The translations under genes and the position numbers were made by a program. Positions 1-10,303 of a stretch of DNA of 64,000 bases are shown here, piece by piece; within the stretch, counting starts at the first letter, position 1, and each line of letters opens with the position of its first letter. The notes under the pieces are model-generated. The model was not told the origin of the DNA and searched no databases. It saw only the letters and a program-made list of their open reading frames with translations. The stretch is from contig OY970176.1 in assembly GCA_963707955.1 (NCBI GenBank), positions 1,888,001 to 1,952,000 on the forward strand. The letters are read 5' to 3'. Origin of the DNA: Candidatus Bathyarchaeota archaeon (GTDB lineage: Archaea > Thermoproteota > Bathyarchaeia > Bathyarchaeales > Bathycorpusculaceae).

Positions 1-92
1 TTTCCAACGAGTCCCAGGCCTGGGAGTCCTTCGATCAGGATCGGATTCTTCAACTCGGCTTTTGCGAGTTCCTTAATGAACGTCTCTTTCAC
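1..92 (-). CDS. PAC2-family proteasome assembly chaperone, 5' end (runs off the window)
   Basis: Manual translation from GTG at 92: MKETFIKELAKAELKNPILIEGLPGLGLVGK. The EGLPGxGxVG motif and the position after nop10 are typical. Confidence 0.85.
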   Translation of the reverse strand, partial: MKETFIKELAKAELKNPILIEGLPGLGLVG

Positions 93-259
93 TTTGTTGA
101 ACTCTCCTGTTTGAGGGCCATCCTGTACCTCAGATACTTGTCATCAGGTGAGAACTTTGGTGGGTGTGGCACTCGAACTTTGCCTCCGCAGTATGGGCAC
201 TTGTCATTCCTCAGTGTGTAGCTTTGGCAGTTCTCGCATTTTCGCAGAAGCCAGACCAT
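89..259 (-). CDS. nop10: H/ACA RNP protein Nop10 (56 aa, not in ORF track)
   Basis: Manual translation MVWLLRKCENCQSYTLRNDKCPYCGGKVRVPHPPKFSPDDKYLRYR. Zn ribbon plus HPPKFSPDDKY signature; overlaps the aIF2-alpha stop codon. Confidence 0.95.
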   Translation of the reverse strand: MVWLLRKCENCQSYTLRNDKCPYCGGKVRVPHPPKFSPDDKYLRYRMALKQESSTK

Positions 260-1047
260 CACTTATCCCTTCTAAACGTGCCCTGACCTCCGGCTTTGGA
301 GACGTTCGAGACAACATTCTGCGCAACTTTCTGGAAGACGTCTTCAGCTTGCTTGTAATCTTCAGCCAACACCTCGATGCTGTATTTCGGTGCAGCGGTG
401 ACGTAGAAGCGAAGCTTTGCGTTGCCAAGTTTCTCACCTTTCTTGGCGTTTGCGAAGGCTTCTTTTATTATTTTCACACCGTTCGGCTTCACGCAGCGCA
501 GCTCAATCGTGCCCTTGACTTTGACCATGGGAATGTGTATTCTTTCTTGGACGACTTCAATGATCACCTTGGCAACGTCTTCGGGCACGCCTACTTTTGT
601 CAGGATATCTGGGCCCTCTTTCACGGCTCTTTCGAAGCCTTCGTACAAGCCGTATTCGTCCTCCAGGGGTTTTCCTGCTTTTTCATAAATCTCCTCAAGC
701 GGCATGCTCATTTTCTCAGCGATGTTTCGAAGCAGGGCTTCTGCCTTTCTCTCTTTTTTCCAGAACATTATCTTCTCGATTCTTTCTCTTTTGGTTACGC
801 GTCTCAAGGACAAATCTATGTGTCCCTTTTCTGTGTCGACACGCAAAACTTTCAGCACGATCTTCTGTCCTTCACGGACGAAGTCTCGAATGTTTCGAAT
901 CCAAGAAGAAGATATTTCAGAAACGTGCAGCAACCCCTTCTTGCCGTACTCGTCCAGCTTCACGTAGGCGCCGTAGTCGGTGACAGTTTCCACCGTGCCT
1001 ATGACTAGGTCACCGGGTTCAGGCCATTCCTGCTTCTTAAGCGCCAT
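259..1047 (-). CDS. eif2a: Translation initiation factor aIF-2 subunit alpha
   Basis: S1 domain (YGAYVKLDEY, HVSEISSSWIRNIRD, KGHIDLSLRRV) and C-terminal AAPKY; conserved L44e-S27e-aIF2a-nop10 order. Confidence 0.97.
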   Translation of the reverse strand: MALKKQEWPEPGDLVIGTVETVTDYGAYVKLDEYGKKGLLHVSEISSSWIRNIRDFVREGQKIVLKVLRVDTEKGHIDLSLRRVTKRERIEKIMFWKKERKAEALLRNIAEKMSMPLEEIYEKAGKPLEDEYGLYEGFERAVKEGPDILTKVGVPEDVAKVIIEVVQERIHIPMVKVKGTIELRCVKPNGVKIIKEAFANAKKGEKLGNAKLRFYVTAAPKYSIEVLAEDYKQAEDVFQKVAQNVVSNVSKAGGQGTFRRDK

Positions 1048-1062
1048 TAGAACTCTTCATCC

Positions 1063-1260
1063 CTATTCAAAAACCGCGACTACTTCACCCTTGATTTTTG
1101 CCTTTCCACCAGAAGGCTCCGCAAGTTCGGTTCCACAAACGTTGCAGCTGACCTTGTTCACTGCATTACTGAACACCATCTGCTCGTTGCCGCATTTCAG
1201 GCATTTCACTCGGATGAAGCTGCTTCTCGGCCTCGGAATGAGTTTTTCCCACTCTGACAA
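1063..1260 (-). CDS. rps27e: 30S ribosomal protein S27e
   Basis: PRSSFIRVKCLKCGNEQMVFS...CNVCG...PSGGKA Zn ribbon. Confidence 0.97.
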   Translation of the reverse strand: MSEWEKLIPRPRSSFIRVKCLKCGNEQMVFSNAVNKVSCNVCGTELAEPSGGKAKIKGEVVAVFE

Positions 1261-1275
1261 GATTTTCCCTCCTCA

Positions 1276-1554
1276 TCACGCGATGACTAATTTTCTTAAA
1301 CGTATGCCATCCTTGTGTCTGATGAAGCCGCAGACCTTGCACTTCAACTTCAAAGTCTGCTTCTTCGTTGTCTTAGCAAACTCTCTTTGAAGCGGATACT
1401 TTTGTCCGCCGTACCCCCTCTTTTCTCGCAGAGCATGGCGGCGTTCACCCTTCGCTAAGGGTCTGCGCTTGCCAGCCTTGTACAGAGTAACAGAGTGAGT
1501 CTGATGCTGCTTACACCTCGGACAGTATGTTCTTACTTCTTTGGGAACGTTCAC
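1276..1554 (-). CDS. rpl44e: 50S ribosomal protein L44e (eL42)
   Basis: TYCPRCKQHQTH, GYGGQKYP, KTTKKQTLKLKCKVCG. Confidence 0.97.
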   Translation of the reverse strand: MNVPKEVRTYCPRCKQHQTHSVTLYKAGKRRPLAKGERRHALREKRGYGGQKYPLQREFAKTTKKQTLKLKCKVCGFIRHKDGIRLRKLVIA

Positions 1555-1748
1555 TATGTCACAACCGACTTTGCATAAAGGAAGCCGTACACGTTCTTAT
1601 ACTTTTTCGCGATCCCGAGTGCGTTATGTTTCATCCGAATGGTCAACGTAGCGCGCACGACAAATACCACCAAACAAATATTTGTCACACCTTGCATATT
1701 TACTCGTTGAAAATAAGTGAGTCAAAATGGGCACGATAGAGGGTCAGA

Positions 1749-2903
1749 ATGACTGAGATCCGACGGCCAACTCGGAGATACGCCGATATCCTAATGAAAT
1801 GCTTGCCCATTCTGGCGTTTGTCATCCCGCTCAGCATATTGTACTACTTAGATCCTGGTTCGTTCGACATGACATGGGAGGGAAGAACGTACTATTTATT
1901 CTTCGTGTGGCTCATGATTCTGGAAACGATTCTGAACTGGGAGAAGCTGCGGCCAAAAAGGTGGAGGTTAAGATCTGCATGGACCATTTTCTTCATCATA
2001 TCGCTCTCTATTCCAACAATCTACGTTATAGGATCCAACTATTACGGGTGGAACGGGGCCCTCTTGGGTTTTGCTGAAAGGAACATAAACTCTGATCTCA
2101 ATATTTCGCAATACATGCCGCTGTCGATTGAATACTTGGTTTTCACAGTGCTCTTTGTTGCGATCGCTTATGCAGCGTACGGAGTTGCCAGCCTTAGGAA
2201 CTATTCAATCACAGCCGTGTTTCTTGGATTAATTGGGTCAGTCTACACTATCAACAATTTGTATCCGTATGGGCTTTTCACTCCTTTCCAAATTCTTGTT
2301 CCAACAACGACAATTCTTGCAGCAGGGATTCTGAATATTATGGGGTACACCACGGCCATTGCTAACGGCACAAATCCTAAGCAAGGCTTGATGCCAGTCT
2401 TGACGGCTACGTCTTCAACTGGACAATCTGCTCAGTACGCTATAGCTTGGGCATGCTCAGGTATCGACAGTCTTCTGATCTATTCGGTCACAATCCTTCT
2501 GTTCTTAAAGAGCAGTGCTGTTCCTTGGAAACAAGGGATAGTCTACTTCATTTTCGGGGCTGTCGTCACGTACCTCATCAACGCGTTGAGGATCGCAACC
2601 ATCTTCATGATCGGAGCAGGTGGGGGCGACATCAATCCTTTTCATAATTATTACGGTCCGCTCTATTCTATATCTTGGATAATTTCCTATCCTCTGATAA
2701 TAATCGCGACTCGGGTTCTGTGGACCAGAATTGTGCCGGGAAGAGCTACTCTGAATCAAGGCCCAGGGATCTCACAGCCTGGGAGTGTGGTAAGGTCTAA
2801 GGCTATGGTCAAAACTACCCGGTTTCTACGTTTTCGGCTAAGCCTTGCTTCTTTAAGATCTTGGTGTTCTCGACTGGTAGGGAAGCCACGTCCTCGGTCT
2901 TGA
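1749..2903 (+). CDS. Exosortase/archaeosortase-family membrane transpeptidase
   Basis: Multi-TM protein with a Cys-Arg-His triad in the expected contexts: IAWACSG, INALRI, PFHNYYG. The last ~30 codons overlap the convergent GINS gene and may not be real. Confidence 0.85.
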   Translation: MTEIRRPTRRYADILMKCLPILAFVIPLSILYYLDPGSFDMTWEGRTYYLFFVWLMILETILNWEKLRPKRWRLRSAWTIFFIISLSIPTIYVIGSNYYGWNGALLGFAERNINSDLNISQYMPLSIEYLVFTVLFVAIAYAAYGVASLRNYSITAVFLGLIGSVYTINNLYPYGLFTPFQILVPTTTILAAGILNIMGYTTAIANGTNPKQGLMPVLTATSSTGQSAQYAIAWACSGIDSLLIYSVTILLFLKSSAVPWKQGIVYFIFGAVVTYLINALRIATIFMIGAGGGDINPFHNYYGPLYSISWIISYPLIIIATRVLWTRIVPGRATLNQGPGISQPGSVVRSKAMVKTTRFLRFRLSLASLRSWCSRLVGKPRPRS

Positions 2904-3363
2904 ACGGGCCGTAAGTCTTCATGTCGGCGCCGATTATTGCTGGAACGTCCTTCAAGAAGCGCATAGTAACCCTTCTGTGCTCCCCTTCGATCTTGATCTT
3001 GGGAGTGTGTCCTCTGACGATTTCTTTCGCAAAGCCTTGGACAGCTTCTGCAAGGGGTGAGAGTCTTGAATAGACCGTTTTCTCCTCAGGCGTGAGGAAG
3101 TCAGGAGCGATTTCTTCGCCTTTGGCCACTTTGCTAACTATTTTTCTGTAGCGTGTTTGAATCAGTTCATGAACCATTCGTTTTGCATTTTGCATCTCTT
3201 CCTCGAGCAGGTTTGTCTTCAAGGTTCTCTTGTCCAGCATTCGACTCTCTTCTCTTAGACTTTTCATGTACTCAGCAGCTCTAGAGAAAAACTCTTGGGG
3301 AAGCTTCTCCAACTCGATGTTCTCAAACTCAAGCTTCCAAGCCTTGTAAAGCTCGTCATACAT
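2815..3363 (-). CDS. DNA replication GINS complex subunit (Gins51 type)
   Basis: Helical A domain (LEKLPQEFF, RYRKIV, LTPEEK) then B domain (RFLKDVPAIIGADMKTYGPF...DVASLP); follows priS. Confidence 0.9.
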   Translation of the reverse strand: MYDELYKAWKLEFENIELEKLPQEFFSRAAEYMKSLREESRMLDKRTLKTNLLEEEMQNAKRMVHELIQTRYRKIVSKVAKGEEIAPDFLTPEEKTVYSRLSPLAEAVQGFAKEIVRGHTPKIKIEGEHRRVTMRFLKDVPAIIGADMKTYGPFKTEDVASLPVENTKILKKQGLAENVETG

Positions 3364-4600
3364 CCTGCACCACTACCTCCGCTCTTTTCTTGCAAGCCAG
3401 CAGTAAGGCAGCTGCGCTCGGCAACTCAACCCTCTCATTCCTGTACGGGCCAAATTCTTCATCGCCTAATCGAAACTCTGGGGCCTTCGAAACGAGAACA
3501 GTAGCATCGCCTCCTCTAAAGGCTAATGCGCTCTTGAAGGGATCGAAATCGTCCAGGGCTGCGATGGGAAACTCGACTTTCTTCAGGCCAGTTTTGCCAT
3601 GCAACGTTCCCGGCAGTCTAATCAGACGATGAATGTCCGTGGTGACAACCGTGTCTACTCTTGCAGATTGGGATTTTCTAGAGTACTCAACAAGTTTTCT
3701 ATATGTCTGAGGGCCCACTCCGCTGGGAATTCCCACCGGTCTGGGTTCATCCAGGTTTTTCAAGATTGCATCCTTGTTCTTCATTATGGTTTCGGCTATG
3801 TTCTTGGTCAACCCCATTTTCTTATAATCTTCCGTCTTGGCGCTGATTACGATCTTGTATATTCCTCGGGCAATTCGTCCACGCCAACCAACATCTTTCA
3901 ACCACAAAGTTCCCTGACTCTTGTCATCTAATCCGTGCAAAGCGGCGTCAAAGCCTAGACTGCTGACATAATCGACAATTTCTTTGCGGGCCATCGCATC
4001 AAGACTCCTAACGGCTTCGCTTTCGATGTGAACGTGATACCCACGATGGCCTGAGAAGAACAAGTGGACCTCTTTTTCCGAAAAGCCGAAGTCTCTCAAA
4101 AGAACGTCCAAAAGTCTAGTCGTTTCCAGCTTTGCAGAAGCCAGGCATAATTCACACGGCCAAGTGGTGTTCTCAAACTTTTCTCCCCCGCATGACGGAC
4201 ATTTTTCCGGCAGTTCCCCTCTTCCTTTAAGCCCGCACTTGCTACAGGCCCACTCGTCATGAACCTTGTCACACGATGTGGGAATGTGGTCAGCGTCAAT
4301 GTCAAAAATCAGGTCGGCGCCGATCCAACCCTTCGCGCTCATTTCTGAAGCGTCGGGCTGCTCGTAATAAGCACTTGAATAATATACGTCTGACGGAATC
4401 GTGGAACACAGAAAGCTTTGGATTTCACTCGCAGTCTTGAAACTCCTGTGTCTGACCATGATCCTTTCTTTCGTCAAAAACACAGCGAACTCGCGCTGTT
4501 CAAACTTGTTTGCAATATGAATTTCGTCAAAGCATCCAGTATAGTACTGGAGGAAAAGTCTCTGAACAAAATCGCGTGTGAGATCAGACATTTCTCTCAT
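3356..4600 (-). CDS. priS: DNA primase small (catalytic) subunit
   Basis: QREFA, YYSSAYY, DLIFDIDADH, FSGHRGYHVH, VDTVVTTDIHRLIRLPGTLHGKTG; Zn-ribbon insertion CSKC...CPSC. Confidence 0.97.
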   Translation of the reverse strand: MREMSDLTRDFVQRLFLQYYTGCFDEIHIANKFEQREFAVFLTKERIMVRHRSFKTASEIQSFLCSTIPSDVYYSSAYYEQPDASEMSAKGWIGADLIFDIDADHIPTSCDKVHDEWACSKCGLKGRGELPEKCPSCGGEKFENTTWPCELCLASAKLETTRLLDVLLRDFGFSEKEVHLFFSGHRGYHVHIESEAVRSLDAMARKEIVDYVSSLGFDAALHGLDDKSQGTLWLKDVGWRGRIARGIYKIVISAKTEDYKKMGLTKNIAETIMKNKDAILKNLDEPRPVGIPSGVGPQTYRKLVEYSRKSQSARVDTVVTTDIHRLIRLPGTLHGKTGLKKVEFPIAALDDFDPFKSALAFRGGDATVLVSKAPEFRLGDEEFGPYRNERVELPSAAALLLACKKRAEVVVQDV

Positions 4601-4727
4601 AACAGCATTTTTGTATCGGGTATTTTAGTCTCTCTATCTCGCATAATGGCAAGAACTAAGGGACAGAGTTGTCAAAACGGTTTGGATAGAGTTCAAAAAC
4701 GTTAGATTTCGCGGATTTTCCGAACAT

Positions 4728-5372
4728 TTAGTTGGTTGCCTTCTTGACAACCATGCAGACATGGGCTTTGCCAGACATACTTGAAACGATTTTGGTGATC
4801 TCCACGAGGTTTTTCACCGAGATGATTCGGTTGATCTCTCTCGGTCTGAAGCCGTAGGAGAATATGCGCATATCAAAATCTTTAAGGATTTGTTGCCAAT
4901 CCTCGATTCGCATTAAGCGTTCATCGCCCCTGTCTCTCACTGCATAGAGAGCGCTCGGCACAGAGGCCACCATGACTTTTGCGATGCGAAGCTGCTTTTC
5001 TGCGAGCAAGCGTATTTCTTCATCACTGAAGTGTTCCAGAAAACCTTGCGAGAAACACACATCAAATGTCCCTGGCGCAAAATCAAGTTTAAAGGCATCG
5101 CGTATTGAGAATCGTGCGTGCCCATGAAACTTAGAGTTGTTTTTTCTAGCCTTTTCGACAAGTTTAATGTTATTATCTATGCCAAGGACATTAGGGATAA
5201 AACAAGAGAGGAATATAGAATGAACTCCTCTCCCACAACCAATCTCTATCGCACTGTGCTTAGCCTTCAAGCATATTTGCCATATATATGGCCAGTGATA
5301 AATCAAGCTAGCGGCAAAAGCCTGAAGGGTTGTTTCCTGTGAATAATGAGAATCCCAACTGCGCAGTTGCAT
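4728..5372 (-). CDS. Class I SAM-dependent methyltransferase
   Basis: AIEIGCGRG motif I, GIDNN, DAFKLDF, FDVCFSQGFLEHF. Confidence 0.85.
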   Translation of the reverse strand: MQLRSWDSHYSQETTLQAFAASLIYHWPYIWQICLKAKHSAIEIGCGRGVHSIFLSCFIPNVLGIDNNIKLVEKARKNNSKFHGHARFSIRDAFKLDFAPGTFDVCFSQGFLEHFSDEEIRLLAEKQLRIAKVMVASVPSALYAVRDRGDERLMRIEDWQQILKDFDMRIFSYGFRPREINRIISVKNLVEITKIVSSMSGKAHVCMVVKKATN

Positions 5373-5466
5373 TGAATCTCACTGAGCTTTATGAATGAAT
5401 GCAATTGTGATTTATTTAAGAATTGCAATTTGTTTATAAATTGACAACGCAGGCTAAAGAGTTTTT

Positions 5467-6567
5467 TCAGTTTAAAGTGTCCTCCCACACCTTGGCGGTC
5501 TTCTTCACGTCAAAGGCAAGGGCCCTTTTTCTGCACTCGTTTCTCACATCGCCACCGTAGCCCTTCTTCCAGAGAAGCACAGCAAGGTTTACCATTTCTC
5601 GGTCGTTGTTTGAAAACCAACCAGTTTTTCCGTTTGCCACAGTCTCAGAAGGTCCTTGCTTCCTATACGTTAGGACGGGAGTTCCGCATGCCATGCTTTC
5701 CACGGGTATGTAGCCAAAAGGCTCATGCTCGAAGGCGAAGAGGGTATAGAGCGCGTTCGAGTAGAGGTTTGCCAGTTCTGCGTCGGCGACTTTGCCAAGA
5801 AAGCTAATCATGTGGTGTTTTTTCAAGGGTTGTGGCATCTGCGACGTGTCGCCAAAGACTCTGATTGGCACTCCAGAATCGGCGATTGCCTTAACAGTCG
5901 ACAATTTCCCCTCTTTTCCATATGTGCCAAAGTGCGTCAAGACGTAGTCTGCAGTCGGGTTCGCAGTCTTCGGCTCGAATAGAGAGCAATCTAACGGTGG
6001 GTTTATGATGGCGTCAACAGTGATCCCCCACTTTTCGTACATTGAACCGCAAAACACCGAATTGGCAACGAAAAGCTTTGATAGATCGCGAAATCTTCTG
6101 ACTAGACGTCCCTCAAGAATCCGAAGGGTCGATCTCAGTATCTTGTAGGAATATTTGTAATGCATTGGCATTTGAGGAAATAGGTCATCAAGAGCTCTTG
6201 TCATCGGGCCTTGAGCGTAGTATGCTTGAGCTTGACTTATGATACATGACGAAGTGTTGACTGCAAGGTCTGAATGGTTAATTTCTGCCACAGGTTTCTG
6301 CGTTACTACACACCGTCCCCAGGCGTCAAGTGTGGGGAGCGAGGGAATGAATGCGAAATGCGGACCAACATCCTTTAGCAGGAAATCTTCGTTGAGCAAT
6401 TCTTTCTGTACTGCTTGATCAAAGCGTGGTGCAATGATCGTAACCTCGTGTCCTTTTCGGCGGAATTCTCTTGCCAGCAGTATGGCTGGTCTTACGGCTC
6501 CTATAGTTGTCACGAGCGGGTCCGTGATAAAACACACACTATGCATGGTTTTTCTCAGTGCCCTCAA
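5467..6567 (-). CDS. GT4-family glycosyltransferase (start possibly 6546)
   Basis: VANS, HEPFGYIPVESMACGTPV, GPSETVANGKTG. Confidence 0.9.
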   Translation of the reverse strand: MRALRKTMHSVCFITDPLVTTIGAVRPAILLAREFRRKGHEVTIIAPRFDQAVQKELLNEDFLLKDVGPHFAFIPSLPTLDAWGRCVVTQKPVAEINHSDLAVNTSSCIISQAQAYYAQGPMTRALDDLFPQMPMHYKYSYKILRSTLRILEGRLVRRFRDLSKLFVANSVFCGSMYEKWGITVDAIINPPLDCSLFEPKTANPTADYVLTHFGTYGKEGKLSTVKAIADSGVPIRVFGDTSQMPQPLKKHHMISFLGKVADAELANLYSNALYTLFAFEHEPFGYIPVESMACGTPVLTYRKQGPSETVANGKTGWFSNNDREMVNLAVLLWKKGYGGDVRNECRKRALAFDVKKTAKVWEDTLN

Positions 6568-6606
6568 ACGAGCGGTTATTGCTGGTTTGTCTCATCACTT
6601 TTTCTA

Positions 6607-7791
6607 CTAAGAGAGAGCTCTTAATTCTTCTGTCTGAGTGAGCGCTTTCAGCGCTACATTGTTGTTGTGGTCTTTGCATCTTGGAAAAACAGTCTGATCC
6701 TCGCATAGCTTCCCTAGTATTTCTAACCATTGTTCAATGTAGGTTCTCCTGTCGAATTTCAAAGCTGCTTTCACGCAGTTTGTTCTTGTCTGCGAAGGAT
6801 ACTTCTCTTTCCACAACTCTATGCTCTTTTGTACAAGTTCCCGGTCTGTGCGAACAAGCCAACCTGTGTGGGCGTTGACCACGTATTCGCTCGGGCCTTG
6901 GAAGTCATATGTGAGCACCGGAGTTCCGCATGCCATGCTCTCAAGTGGAACGTATCCGAAGGGCTCGTGAGTAAATGGGAACATGGTGAAAAGGGCGTTC
7001 GAGTAAAGGTCCACTAGCTCCTTTGTGGACACTCTTCCCAAGAACTCGACGTTAGGATGTTTCAACAGGCCTTTCGGAATGAACGGTGTCTTGGAACCGA
7101 ACGCCTTGATTTTGAGACCCAAATCTGCTACGCTCTTTAAAATGGAAAACTTCGTCTCCTTTCCAAGATAGGTCAAGACATAGTCGGAAAACGGTGTTGA
7201 AGTTGAAGGTCGGAAAGTCTGGCAGTCAATGGGTGGGTAGATTATACAGTCCGTTTTGACTCCAAAGCTGGAATACATTGAAGCGCAAAACTTCGAGTTT
7301 GCAATGACTAATGTTGAGCGTCTATCCATTCGAGAGACAAGTTTCACATCCGCATAATTAATAACCGGTCTGAGGAGATCATACATCATTCGAAGGCTAG
7401 TTGAAAGCTCTTTTTCCATGTCCTTCAGGGCCAAGGAAGGAGGCCCCTGCAAGTACCAGACTAAGGAAGGCGCGGCGATCACCTGCGAGAAATTGATCAC
7501 TGTGGAAGACTCGTTAATGGCATGCCTCGAATTCAGTCGAAGGAAAGCTTCACGAGCCCACGTCTCAAGCCAAAGCATGGAAAGACCTGAACTCTTCGCA
7601 GCAAGGCTGGCATGCAAGTTAACAGGAGTTATTCCAATGGCGCTTAGATGATCTTCGACCTCCTTTGACATCATTGGCGACATCATAGACACATTATGCC
7701 CTCTTGCGTTCAGCTCTCTAGCAAGATACGTAGCTGGGCGAATAGATCCCTCTAAATCCATCATGATGTCGCAGACAAGCGTGAAATCCAT
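6607..7791 (-). CDS. GT4-family glycosyltransferase, paralog of the adjacent gene
   Basis: IANS, HEPFGYVPLESMACGTPV; shares YSNALxT and LYxQGP-like segments with 5467-6567. Confidence 0.9.
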   Translation of the reverse strand: MDFTLVCDIMMDLEGSIRPATYLARELNARGHNVSMMSPMMSKEVEDHLSAIGITPVNLHASLAAKSSGLSMLWLETWAREAFLRLNSRHAINESSTVINFSQVIAAPSLVWYLQGPPSLALKDMEKELSTSLRMMYDLLRPVINYADVKLVSRMDRRSTLVIANSKFCASMYSSFGVKTDCIIYPPIDCQTFRPSTSTPFSDYVLTYLGKETKFSILKSVADLGLKIKAFGSKTPFIPKGLLKHPNVEFLGRVSTKELVDLYSNALFTMFPFTHEPFGYVPLESMACGTPVLTYDFQGPSEYVVNAHTGWLVRTDRELVQKSIELWKEKYPSQTRTNCVKAALKFDRRTYIEQWLEILGKLCEDQTVFPRCKDHNNNVALKALTQTEELRALS

Positions 7792-8143
7792 CCTGCTTCA
7801 ACTGCCGAGATTAGTACAGACTAAGCTTGTCGTCTTTTTATAATACTTTCGATGAGCTGCAAAAAACCTGGCTAATCCCAATACACTGCCGTTTTAGTAA
7901 AAGCCAAGGTTACTCACGAACTAATCCCAAATGAGAATGAGGAACAATTCCAATAGACTTTTCTATTCCTTGAACATTCATACAGCAATACGCGAAAGCC
8001 TAGGAACGCAAAGGTTGAAACGCCAAGCGAAACAGCTTAGGCAACTTTCATCCAGCAAGTAGATTTTGAAAAAATCGCTCATGCAGTTTCTGCGCATTTT
8101 CAGGCTGAAGAATCTATTTAACCTTTCAATTCTGTTCTCTGCG

Positions 8144-10303
8144 TCAGCTAGGGTTGATCTGGTCTACGGTAACATAGTCTAGATACATGTCGGCTGTTCC
8201 TGGAAAACAAACAGCTCTAACTTCGAAGTCAGCGAGGGCCGCACTAGTATGAAATGGGATTGTTACGTTCGTCCACGCCGGTTCTTGGGCAAATTCTGCT
8301 GCAGAGAAATTCTTGGACAATAGAATGTTCTGCCCACTGTCCGTACAAATGTTTACGCCGAACAGTTCGCCAGTTCCGCTGATTTTTACCCTCATCGTTA
8401 TGTTGTAATCTCCGGGTGGCAGAGGAACGCGTGGACCATACCAAAACATCGGAGACTGTCCGAATGATCCGTTGTAGTACAGAACCAAGTCGCTCGTAGA
8501 ATTGGGTGATTTCATGAGCTCTCCACTGTAGAGACTAAGACTGTTGTAATCATACGTGGCATCATAAGGCAAGAGAATAGTAGCGTTGCCGCTATAGTTC
8601 CTCTTGAATAGCACAACGCCGTCGACAGACGCGAGAACGTTGAAGGTAGAATTTTCGTTCATCAACGAGAAAACTACACTGCTTGCAAGGGGGTCTGTTT
8701 TCGTGTCGACGATGAGATAGTCCACCTGACCCAGAATTGCATTAGTAAAATTCTCAACTTCAGCAGCGTGATCATTCCATATTGACGGTATCGTCGGTAT
8801 GACATACGCGTTGCTTCTGCTTGAAACTTGCGGAAAAAGCGCGTTGTCCGCTAACACTGAAGCATTTCCAGGAACATACGCTAGAAGCTGATGTACAAGA
8901 TTGTCCCGCTGAGAAACTGAGCTTACGCCTGAGGATGGGTACAAAATGGCCACAGTAGGGCTCAACGGAGACACGAACAAAAATGCTATGAAACTGAATG
9001 CCAATAATATTGCAAGACGCTTCTCCAAGTCTCTCAGGTTGTTTCCGCCGTTGCTGCCAACCGCGTATATTGCTGTTGGAGCGTATATTGCCGCTATGAA
9101 AATGAACGCTATCACGTAAGCTGGGTACTGGAAGAGAATCGTGTAATACGGTTGATAGTTGGAGAATAGACCAAGTACGAACCAAGGAACCGTGGGCAAC
9201 AAGTAACGCACTTTGAAAAAAGACATAAACGCAAGAGGTCCGAATAAGGCAATTACATAGCTCACTTTCAATGGGATATCGTAGCTGAGAGCGGCTGCCG
9301 CGTTGGCTGGATATCGAAAGAGATAGAAAGGAATCATTATGGGGTTTTGAACGCCGAGAATTCTCCAATTGCTTGCTGCATTGAACGTGGAAATGAATGT
9401 CGGGTTCACTGGGAAAAAGGCGCCTCGAACGACCACGACCACTGCGTACCAAAGAATAGCGAGTGCAATTGTGAAGAATGAAATTAAGAAAAGCGTGTCT
9501 TTGAAGTTTTTCTTCTTCAGTTCCTCCGCCAAGTGTTTTCTATACTGTAGAACCGCAAGCAGGCCGATAAAACCGACGATAAAAGCGGCGTGTTCTTCAC
9601 ACATCAGGGAGAGAAAAATAAAGAGAAAATAGGGCTTCCAGCTTTGCGTCTCGAAAAAATAGAAAACTGAGAAGAAGAACAGCGGCAAAAAGATCTCAAC
9701 ATGGAAGTCAAACCAGTTTATGCCTTGAAGCGCAGGGTAAAGCATGTAGGCCAGTACGAATGAGAGCGCAAAGACTCTGTATTTCCCAACGCGCTTCGCG
9801 AGAGCGTACAAGGGTACCGCTCCTAACGCCAGAACGAATGACTGAATCACGAGCAGCGATTGTGGAGCCGGATAGATAGCATAGAATGGCAAGACAAGAA
9901 AAACGATCGGACTGAAATGTGTCCCGAAGAAGCTGCCAGAAGGATTGACGAGTAGCTCAACCGTTGAGTAGAAGAATCCTCCGTTGTGCAAAGTTGTCCA
10001 AAATGACTGGTTGAAGATTCCGAGATCCCATGCGTAAGTCTCAAATTCGTAGTGCCTAAGTATCGTGAAGTATGATAACAAGACAGTGTATGTTAGAACG
10101 GCCAGCCCAAGAAGAAGGGCACCTACATCGACTTTGTCAAGAACCTTGCGGCCTAGCCATTTCTCAATGTTCTCAAAGCTGACCTTTTTGACAAAGCTGA
10201 ATCCATTCATGGTCTTGCTCTCATCTTTGCTGTGCACTTCTAAAGGAGGCGGTGAAACTACTAGCACTGTCCCCCTTTTTCTCACTTTCTCTTGTCTGTT
10301 CAA
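8144..10303 (-). CDS. DUF2079-family multi-pass membrane protein with C-terminal extracellular beta domain
   Basis: AWDLGIFNQSFW, HFSPI, WFDFH, EEH motifs and many TM helices; C-terminal YGPRVPLPPGDY segment. Confidence 0.75.
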   Translation of the reverse strand: MNRQEKVRKRGTVLVVSPPPLEVHSKDESKTMNGFSFVKKVSFENIEKWLGRKVLDKVDVGALLLGLAVLTYTVLLSYFTILRHYEFETYAWDLGIFNQSFWTTLHNGGFFYSTVELLVNPSGSFFGTHFSPIVFLVLPFYAIYPAPQSLLVIQSFVLALGAVPLYALAKRVGKYRVFALSFVLAYMLYPALQGINWFDFHVEIFLPLFFFSVFYFFETQSWKPYFLFIFLSLMCEEHAAFIVGFIGLLAVLQYRKHLAEELKKKNFKDTLFLISFFTIALAILWYAVVVVVRGAFFPVNPTFISTFNAASNWRILGVQNPIMIPFYLFRYPANAAAALSYDIPLKVSYVIALFGPLAFMSFFKVRYLLPTVPWFVLGLFSNYQPYYTILFQYPAYVIAFIFIAAIYAPTAIYAVGSNGGNNLRDLEKRLAILLAFSFIAFLFVSPLSPTVAILYPSSGVSSVSQRDNLVHQLLAYVPGNASVLADNALFPQVSSRSNAYVIPTIPSIWNDHAAEVENFTNAILGQVDYLIVDTKTDPLASSVVFSLMNENSTFNVLASVDGVVLFKRNYSGNATILLPYDATYDYNSLSLYSGELMKSPNSTSDLVLYYNGSFGQSPMFWYGPRVPLPPGDYNITMRVKISGTGELFGVNICTDSGQNILLSKNFSAAEFAQEPAWTNVTIPFHTSAALADFEVRAVCFPGTADMYLDYVTVDQINPS

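Noticed and set aside
148-1008. 286-aa plus-strand ORF
   Set aside because: Antisense shadow of aIF2-alpha/nop10 with no recognisable motifs. The same applies to most short ORFs overlapping core genes.
4150-4290. Zn-ribbon insertion in PriS as a novelty
   Set aside because: Zn-binding insertions at this position are an expected feature of archaeal PriS.
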